DNA from: Betaproteobacteria bacterium
GTDB lineage: Bacteria; Pseudomonadota; Gammaproteobacteria; Burkholderiales; Ga0077523
DNA length: 64,000 bases
NCBI GenBank assembly: GCA_016713305.1
Contig: JADJPK010000008.1
Span: forward strand, 296,192-360,191
Direction: 5' to 3'
Both the position numbers and the translations under genes were made by a program. This document shows, piece by piece, positions 58,183 through 64,000 of this stretch. The number at the start of each line of letters is the position of its first letter. The stretch's first letter is position 1. Below the pieces are notes generated by a model, which was not told the DNA's origin, did not search any database, and saw only the letters and a program-made list of their open reading frames with translations.

Positions 58183-58213
58183 ACCTGACCCCAAATCGGG
58201 GTCAGGTCTTGCC
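58177..58213 (-). terminator. Strong intrinsic terminator of the Liv-type operon
   Basis: There is a 16-bp perfect stem ggcaagacctgacccc / ggggtcaggtcttgcc with a 5-nt loop, 10 nt downstream of the livF-like stop (58223). On the minus strand it is followed by (TTTGCCT)n, which supplies the U-rich tail. On the plus strand it is followed by ttttgcc, so it may act in both directions. Confidence 0.8.
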
Positions 58214-58222
58214 TTTTGCCTG

Positions 58223-58969
58223 CTATACGGCGAGATACTTCGAGCGGACGGCGTCGTCGTGCATGAGCGCATGCATGCTGCCCTGGAATCGGACCGTGCC
58301 CTTCTCCAGCACGTACGCGCGGTCGGTGATGGCGGCAGCAAAGCGCAGGTTCTGTTCGGAGATGAGCAGCGTGAGACCTTCGCGCTTGAGTTCGCGGATC
58401 ACGGCGGCCATCTGCTCGACGATGACCGGCGCCAGACCTTCCGAAGGCTCGTCCAGGAGCACCGCCAGCGGATTGCCCATGAGAGTGCGGGCGATGGTGA
58501 GCATCTGCTGCTCGCCACCAGACATTTCCCCTCCGCGCCGCTCGCGCATGCGGCCCAGGTTGGGGAACACCTCGAAGAGCTTGCCGGGCGTCCAGTACGG
58601 CGCGCCGTCCCTGCGCGGCCGGCGGCCCACTTCCAGGTTCTCTTCCACGGTGAGCTCGGTGAAGATGCGGCGTTCCTCGGGCACGTAGCCCAGGCCTGAC
58701 CGGCACACCTGATACGGGGCCTGGCCGTCGATGCGCCGGCCGGTGAACTGCACCGCGCCGGTCCGCGGCCTGACGAGTCCCATGAGCGTCTTGAGTGTCG
58801 TGGACTTTCCTGCGCCGTTGCGTCCAAGCAGTGCGACGACCTCGCCGCGCCGCAGGTCCAGATCCACCCCGAAGAGGATCTGCGCACGGCCGTAGAACGT
58901 ATCGACGCCGCGTGCTTCCAGAATGAGCGCGGCGCCAGCCGTCTCCGGCACTGGGCCCGCGCCACTCAA
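58223..58969 (-). CDS. livF: Branched-chain amino-acid-type ABC transporter ATP-binding protein (LivF-like)
   Basis: 248 aa with Walker A GRNGAGKSTTLK, signature MSGGEQQML and Walker B LLDEPSEGLAP. The C-terminal ...AVRSKYLAV is typical of LivF. Confidence 0.85.
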   Translation of the reverse strand: MSGAGPVPETAGAALILEARGVDTFYGRAQILFGVDLDLRRGEVVALLGRNGAGKSTTLKTLMGLVRPRTGAVQFTGRRIDGQAPYQVCRSGLGYVPEERRIFTELTVEENLEVGRRPRRDGAPYWTPGKLFEVFPNLGRMRERRGGEMSGGEQQMLTIARTLMGNPLAVLLDEPSEGLAPVIVEQMAAVIRELKREGLTLLISEQNLRFAAAITDRAYVLEKGTVRFQGSMHALMHDDAVRSKYLAV

Positions 58970-59712
58970 TGCGGATCCTCCCCGAGATAGATCCGCCGCA
59001 CCTCCGGATCGTTGCGCACCGCCTCGGGCTCGCCCTGCGCCACGAGGCGTCCGCGGTCCAGCACGAGAAGACGGTCAGCGTGACCAAAGACGATGTCCAT
59101 GTCGTGCTCCGTGAACAGCACCGCGACGTTGCGTTCGCGCGCAAGCGCCGTCACCAACGCCATCAGATCGTGGCGTTCGCCAGGGGCCATTCCCGCCGTG
59201 GGTTCGTCCATGAGCAGCAGCCGCGGCTCGTTCGCCAGCGCCAGTGCGAGTTCCAGGCGCTTGAGATCGCCGTAGGCCAGCTGGGCACAGGGCTCATGGG
59301 CCATCGCGCCCAGGCCCGTACGTTCCAGCATCTCGCCCGCAGCCTTCACGCATTCGTTTCGTGCGAGACCCAGCAGCCGTCGAGTCCGTCTGGCGTGCGA
59401 CGCGAAGGCCGTCTGCACATTCTCGATCACCGACATGGATCCGAACACGGTGGTGATCTGGAATGTCCTTCCCACGCTCGCGCGGAAGAGCCGGCGTGGT
59501 CCCGCGCCGGTGACGTCGGCTCCGTCCAGCAGCACCTGGCCGCGATCCGGGCGGACCTGCCCGCCTATCATGTTGAAGCACGTGCTCTTGCCCGCGCCGT
59601 TGGGACCGATGAGTGCCACGCGTTCGCCGGCATCGACGGAGAAGGACACGCCGTCGACGGCGCAGACGCCGCCATAGCGCTTCTCCAGACCGGTCACCGC
59701 CAGTACGCTCAT
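58966..59712 (-). CDS. livG: Branched-chain amino-acid-type ABC transporter ATP-binding protein (LivG-like)
   Basis: 248 aa from ATG 59712 (MSVLAVTGLEKRYGGVCAVDGVSF...), with Walker A GPNGAGKSTCFN, signature-region LAYGDLKRLELA and Walker B LLLMDEPTAGMAP. ATGA overlaps occur at both ends. Confidence 0.85.
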   Translation of the reverse strand: MSVLAVTGLEKRYGGVCAVDGVSFSVDAGERVALIGPNGAGKSTCFNMIGGQVRPDRGQVLLDGADVTGAGPRRLFRASVGRTFQITTVFGSMSVIENVQTAFASHARRTRRLLGLARNECVKAAGEMLERTGLGAMAHEPCAQLAYGDLKRLELALALANEPRLLLMDEPTAGMAPGERHDLMALVTALARERNVAVLFTEHDMDIVFGHADRLLVLDRGRLVAQGEPEAVRNDPEVRRIYLGEDPH

Positions 59713-61574
59713 GCCCGCTGGCGCCACAGATGTCCGACGCTGCCCACGATCCCGCGCGGAAACGCGAGGACCACCAGCAGCACGGCGCCGCCCAGCACGA
59801 GGCGCCAGTACTCGGTGTGGCGAAGAATCTCGTCCTGCATCCAGGTGAACACGGCTGCACCGACGACGGGGCCGGCGAGCGTTTGCACGCCACCCATCAG
59901 GACCATGACGAGACCGTCGACCGAGCGCGAGATCGCCATCGTCTCCGGTGACAGGCTGCCCTTGGAGAACACGAACAGCGCACCCGCGAGCCCTGCCACC
60001 GCACCCGCGACCGGAAAGGCCAGCCACTGCACACGATGCACGTCGATGCCGATGGCTTCCGCGCGCGCCGGCGCATCTCTCGCGGCGCGCAGCGCGAACC
60101 CGAAGGGTGCATGGATCACGAGCCAGATCACCCCGATGCCGCCCGCGGCGCAGGCGAGCGTGAACCAGTAGTAGCGGCTCTTCGTGGCGGCCCACTCGGC
60201 TGGCCAGACCCCCACCAGCCCGTTGCTGCCGCCGGTGACGTCGTCCCACTGGAAGGCGATGGACCACGCGATCTGTGCGACCGCGAGCGTGAGCATGGCG
60301 AGATACACGCCGGACAGCCGCACGCAGAACCAGCCGACGAAGACGCCTGCTGCACCTGCCAGCAATGGCGCCGCGGCAATGGACGGCAGCATCGGCCATC
60401 CCGCGGACTTCACCAGCAGTGCCGCCGCGTAGGCGCCCACGCCGAAGTAGGCGGCGTGACCGAAGGACGCCATGCCTCCCGGCCCCATGAGGAAGTGCAG
60501 GCTCACGGCGAAGAGCGCGAAGATCAGCACGTCCGTCGCGAGGACCAGCATGTATTCGTCCACGACCAGCGGCGCGGCCGCCGCCGCGAGAAGCAATGCG
60601 CCGGTGCTGGTCCAGAACCGGCGGCCCGGCGTGACGACGAGGTGCTGGGAGCGTGCCGCGTGCGATTCGCGTTGCGGACGCCCGAGCAGTCCCCATGGCC
60701 GCAACGCCAGGGTGATCGCCATGAGCGCGAACTCGACCACGATCGTGAGCTTGCTGAAGTTGAACGGGATGCCCGCCAGTTCCACCGTGCCGGCGGCCAC
60801 GCACAGTGCCTTCACGATGCCGATCAGGAGGGCCGCCAGAAACGCGCCGCGCAAACTTCCCAGGCCGCCGATGACGACCACCACGAACGCGTCGGTGATG
60901 GCCACGAGATCCAGATTGAGACTCGCGGGTTCCCGCGGAATCTGCAGCGCCCCGGCCAGTCCCGCGAGCGCGCTGCCCAGCGCGAAGACGCCGGTGAAGA
61001 GCCACGCCTGATTCACGCCCAGCGCGCCCACCATCTCGCGGTCCTGCGTGGCGGCGCGCACGAGCACCCCCCACCGCGTGCGCTTGAAGAGTTGTTCCAG
61101 AAGGACGAGGACGACCGGCCCCAATGCGATCAGCAGCAGGTCGTACTCGGGGACGAAGCCGCCGCCGATCTCCACCGCCCCCTTGAGACCGGGCGCCCGG
61201 GGACCGAGGATGTCCTCGGCGCCCCACTGCATGAGCGCGAGATCCTTGATCACCAATACCACGGCAAAGGTCGCGAGCAGCTGGAAGAGCTCCGGCGCTG
61301 CGTAGATGCGCTTGAGAACGGAGGTCTCGACGATCACCCCGAGAATCGCCACGGCCGCCGCCGCCGCCGGCAGCGCGATCCAGAAACCGCCGGGGCCGCC
61401 GATGCGCTCCGCCACCGCGATGCCCGCGTACGTGCCCACCATGTAGAACGAGCCGTGGGCGAAATTCACCACCCGCGTCACGCCGAAGATGAGCGAGAGC
61501 CCGGAAGCCAGCAGGAACAGCGTCGAGGCGCTAGCCAGTCCGTTGACGAGTTGAACGAGCAGATCGGCCAGCAT
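59709..61574 (-). CDS. Fused LivH/LivM-type ABC permease
   Basis: 621 aa. The N-terminal half (MLADLLVQLVNGLASASTLFLLASGLSLIFGVTRVVNFAHGSFYMVG) is LivH-like and the C-terminal half is LivM-like. It is hydrophobic throughout. Confidence 0.85.
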   Translation of the reverse strand: MLADLLVQLVNGLASASTLFLLASGLSLIFGVTRVVNFAHGSFYMVGTYAGIAVAERIGGPGGFWIALPAAAAAVAILGVIVETSVLKRIYAAPELFQLLATFAVVLVIKDLALMQWGAEDILGPRAPGLKGAVEIGGGFVPEYDLLLIALGPVVLVLLEQLFKRTRWGVLVRAATQDREMVGALGVNQAWLFTGVFALGSALAGLAGALQIPREPASLNLDLVAITDAFVVVVIGGLGSLRGAFLAALLIGIVKALCVAAGTVELAGIPFNFSKLTIVVEFALMAITLALRPWGLLGRPQRESHAARSQHLVVTPGRRFWTSTGALLLAAAAAPLVVDEYMLVLATDVLIFALFAVSLHFLMGPGGMASFGHAAYFGVGAYAAALLVKSAGWPMLPSIAAAPLLAGAAGVFVGWFCVRLSGVYLAMLTLAVAQIAWSIAFQWDDVTGGSNGLVGVWPAEWAATKSRYYWFTLACAAGGIGVIWLVIHAPFGFALRAARDAPARAEAIGIDVHRVQWLAFPVAGAVAGLAGALFVFSKGSLSPETMAISRSVDGLVMVLMGGVQTLAGPVVGAAVFTWMQDEILRHTEYWRLVLGGAVLLVVLAFPRGIVGSVGHLWRQRA

Positions 61575-61649
61575 CGTCAGCGGCGCGTGTCCGATCGTTC
61601 AACACCGGCAGGCGGCCGGCATGCTTTCCCGCGTGCGATCACGCGCCCC

Positions 61650-62837
61650 TCATTCTGCGGGGCGCAGCTTCTTCACTTCCTCGTCCGGCGGCAGGTAGGA
61701 AAGCCCGTCGCGATAGACCCAGTCCACCATCACGCCCTTGCCCTCGCGCTGAGTCAGCCGGCCCACGTACGCGCCCATGGTGGACTGGTGATCGAGAGCG
61801 CGATAGGTGATCCTGCCGAACGGGGTCGGCACCGCCAGACCCTTGAAGGCGGTGACGATCTTCTCGGGGTCCGTCCCCCCGGCCTTGACGAGCGCCGCCG
61901 CCATGGAGTGCATGGCCACGTAACCGACCACAGAACCCAGCCGCGGATAGTCGTTCCACCGCTTGCGATAGGCCTCGAGGAACTTCCGGTGCTCCGGCGT
62001 GGCGATGTCGTTCCACGGATAGCCGGTCACGAACCAGCCTTCGGGGGTCTCATCCTTCAGCGGGTCCAGGTACTCGGGTTCACCGCCCAGCAGATCGAAC
62101 ACGTCGCGCCCGCGGAACAGCCCCCGCGTGTTGCCCTCGCGGACGAACTTCGCGAGATCCGCGCCGAACAGCGCGCTGAAGATCGCGTCGGGCTTGGCGC
62201 TCGCGAGCGCCTGCACCGTCGCGCCGGCGTCGATCTTGCCCAGCGGGGGCGCCTGCTCCGCGACGAACTCCACCTCCGGCTGGCGCGCCTTCAGCAGCTT
62301 CTTGAACGCATTGGCCGCCGCCTGCCCGTATTCGTAGTTGGGATACACGAGCGCCCAGCGCTTCTTCTTGAGACGTGCCGCTTCGGGGATCAGCATGGCC
62401 GTCTGCATGTACGTGGAGGCGCGCAGGCGGAACGTGTAGCGGTTGCCGTTCTCCCACACGAGCTTGTCGGACAGGGGTTCGGCCGCGAGGAAGGGCAGCT
62501 TCTTCTGCCGCGCGAGATCGCTCACCGCGAGGCCCACATGCGAAGCGAAGCCGCCCATGAGCGCCACCACCTGCTCGCGGCTCGCCAGCTCTTCGGCCAC
62601 GCGCACTGCATCGCCGGGATTGCCGTTGTCGTCCCGGGAGACAACCTCCACCGCCCGGCCGCCGACGCCGCCCGCCGCGTTGATCTCTTCGAGCGCGAGC
62701 TGCCAGCCTTTCCTGTACGGTTCGAGAAAAGCCGGGAATGCCTTGTACGAATTCAGTTCGCCGATGCGGATCGGCGGCTGGGCCGATGCCGATCCGAGCC
62801 AGACCAGTGCGATCCATCCCCACCACAAGCGCTTCAT
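61650..62837 (-). CDS. ABC transporter periplasmic substrate-binding protein (LivK / type-I PBP family)
   Basis: 395 aa with signal peptide MKRLWWGWIALVWLGSASA. IRIGELNSY...ALEEINAAGGVGGRAVEVVSRDDNGNPGDAV...VVALMGGF is typical of Leu/Ile/Val-binding-type proteins. Confidence 0.85.
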   Translation of the reverse strand: MKRLWWGWIALVWLGSASAQPPIRIGELNSYKAFPAFLEPYRKGWQLALEEINAAGGVGGRAVEVVSRDDNGNPGDAVRVAEELASREQVVALMGGFASHVGLAVSDLARQKKLPFLAAEPLSDKLVWENGNRYTFRLRASTYMQTAMLIPEAARLKKKRWALVYPNYEYGQAAANAFKKLLKARQPEVEFVAEQAPPLGKIDAGATVQALASAKPDAIFSALFGADLAKFVREGNTRGLFRGRDVFDLLGGEPEYLDPLKDETPEGWFVTGYPWNDIATPEHRKFLEAYRKRWNDYPRLGSVVGYVAMHSMAAALVKAGGTDPEKIVTAFKGLAVPTPFGRITYRALDHQSTMGAYVGRLTQREGKGVMVDWVYRDGLSYLPPDEEVKKLRPAE

Positions 62838-63463
62838 CGCTGACCGTCTCCCACGCTGATGTCCTTGACCTGCAATCCACCCATGCGGGCATGCACCCTC
62901 CCGCCGCTCGCCATCACCAGCACCAGGGCCAGTTCGTCGGCCCGGGGCCCGTCGGGCACGCCCACCTCCATCGCATCGAAGTGGGACCGGACGTAGGCCG
63001 CGTCCTTGTGGTGGATCGGGATGTCGAGGCGAGTGCCGAGTGTGCCAACTTTCGTGGTGGAAGGCACGATCGCCCTGGCGCCGCCCAGAACCTCACGCAT
63101 TGCGTATCCGCCGGGCACGTGCCAGAACGCGCCGTGCTCGATCTCGCCGCCGCTGCCGACGATGGTGCCCTTGCCGTAGGCATCGATGCGCCTGACGTCA
63201 CCGCCCAAGGTCGCCACCAGCTTCTTCGCCATTTCCAGGCCCAAGGGCTTCAACGCGTCCATGAAGGGTTCGATCACATCGAAGTAGCGGCCAGCGTAGG
63301 GATTGCGGATGAGCGCGATCACCGCGGCCTTGACGTGCGGCACCGCGGCAGGCGGTCCGCCGTCGTGATGCGTTTCTTCGATGATCGTGCATACCTTGCG
63401 CAGTTCGATGGGGGGAAGATGGGTCGGCATGTCGAGCGGGTCGAGGGAGTGGGTGGAGGTCAT
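62834..63463 (-). CDS. Amino-acid-synthesis family protein (DUF1185 / AA_synth)
   Basis: 209 aa. ...IRNPYAGRY...AYGKGTIVGSGGEIEHGAFWHVPGGYAMR...VPSTTKVGTLGTRLDIP... resembles the AA_synth family, which is commonly the first gene of Liv-like operons. ATGA overlap with the binding-protein gene. Confidence 0.65.
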   Translation of the reverse strand: MTSTHSLDPLDMPTHLPPIELRKVCTIIEETHHDGGPPAAVPHVKAAVIALIRNPYAGRYFDVIEPFMDALKPLGLEMAKKLVATLGGDVRRIDAYGKGTIVGSGGEIEHGAFWHVPGGYAMREVLGGARAIVPSTTKVGTLGTRLDIPIHHKDAAYVRSHFDAMEVGVPDGPRADELALVLVMASGGRVHARMGGLQVKDISVGDGQR

Positions 63464-63480
63464 GTCGAGTCAGGCAATCA

Positions 63481-63715
63481 GACGATGGGCGATGGTGCGG
63501 GCACAAGGGCCGGGGTGCGGGGCGATGGCCCCGTGCAACCCATCCTCACCCTGTCCCTCTCCTTGAAGGAGAGGGGACCTGCTGCGGATAGGGGCGGAGA
63601 CCTGTCTGCGCGGCGCCGGCTCATCGACCGCCGGGACGCGGATGTCTGATTCCGTATGCCGAAAAGACCCACCCCCATCCTGTCCTTCCCCCTGAAGGGG
63701 AAGGGACCTGCTGCG
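63481..63715. repeat. REP-like repeat cluster (same family as 133-470)
   Basis: 63481 gacgatgggcgat... parallels 133. 63538-63587 aacccatcctcaccctgtccctctccttgaaggagaggggacctgctgcgg is a variant of the 187-236 element. 63667-63709 is the 43-nt identical copy of 187-229. Confidence 0.65.
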
Positions 63716-63796
63716 TTTGTCGCTGCGCGGATCCGCGTGGCAGGACCCGAGGGATTCGAGGCGCTGCTCACGCCCGTTTTCGTCCGTCCGGGACCC

Positions 63797-64000
63797 CCGG
63801 AAAGTCGCAACACTTTCCGCGGTGGAGATCCGGGGCCTCCGGAACGTCGCAATGCTTTCCGGGGTGGAGATCCGGGGCTCCGGAAAGTCGCAATGCTATC
63901 CGGGGTGGAGATCCGGGGCCTCCGGAAAGTCGCAATGCTATCCGGGGTGGAGATCCGGGGCCCCCGGAACGTCGCAATGCTTTCCGGGGTGGAGATCCGG
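63797..64000. repeat. 42-bp tandem repeat, at least 5 units, running off the window
   Basis: Unit ccggaa[a/c]gtcgcaatgct[a/t]tccggggtggagatccggggc(c)t starts at 63797, 63839, 63880, 63922 and 63964 (periods 42/41/42/42). Each unit holds the hairpin ccggaaag-tcgcaatg-ctttccgg. There is no unique spacer between units. Confidence 0.9.

Noticed and set aside
63797-64000. Possible CRISPR array (regular repeats of about 42 bp)
   Set aside because: The repeats are directly contiguous, with period equal to unit length. There are no unique spacers, and no cas genes or leader are visible in the window. It is a tandem repeat.

Overview
The window is visibly GC-rich DNA (not computed; coding third positions are mostly G/C). 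It comes from a Gram-negative bacterium, most plausibly a proteobacterium that uses PEP-CTERM/exosortase sorting, since two PEP-CTERM proteins are encoded. I saw no rRNA, tRNA, CRISPR, transposase, integrase or phage genes.

Layout:
(1) 1-21 kb holds mixed metabolism and envelope genes. These are a thioesterase fragment, a kinase / enolase-paralogue / DMT-exporter operon, glpK, and amidase plus YkgJ. Next come a 724-aa repeat-rich PEP-CTERM protein with an adjacent GT4 glycosyltransferase and a Tat-signal nicotinamidase. hyuB and hyuA (hydantoinase/oxoprolinase) are separated by a BtaA/BtaB-like betaine-lipid pair and a ceramidase-like membrane protein. A small cohesin-like PEP-CTERM protein closes this part.
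(2) 21.4-45.8 kb is one giant LEPR-XLL-type surface/adhesin gene of about 24.4 kb, about 8,135 codons after frame repair. It has long beta-solenoid-like repeats and a Gly-rich tract. These are followed by PA14, a 7-bladed propeller interrupted by two PPC-like modules, about eight PKD-like modules, and cadherin-like 93-95-aa repeats that include three near-identical 279-bp units. The C-terminus is a cohesin-like plus dockerin-like tandem. As sequenced the gene is split over six frames.
(3) 46-64 kb starts with a FixL/FixJ-like two-component pair facing a Crp/Fnr (FixK-like) regulator and pcm. It continues with a CHASE-PAS sensor kinase, a Tat-signal formamidase-family enzyme, an aldo/keto reductase and an intradiol dioxygenase. 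It ends with a five-gene Liv-type ABC operon headed by an amino-acid-synthesis-family (DUF1185) gene.

Intergenic DNA carries REP-like hairpin repeats at both window ends, a 42-bp tandem array and two heptanucleotide microsatellites at convergent gene ends.

The most interesting hypothesis is that the dockerin-bearing giant protein is tethered through the neighbouring PEP-CTERM cohesin-like protein, possibly under FixK-type control.

Main caveat: there are eight frame disruptions in 64 kb, and seven sit in short G/C homopolymers in unrelated genes. This suggests indel sequencing errors rather than true pseudogenes. All family calls rest on motif recognition by eye; no searches were run. Domain boundaries are approximate (about +/-30 nt).
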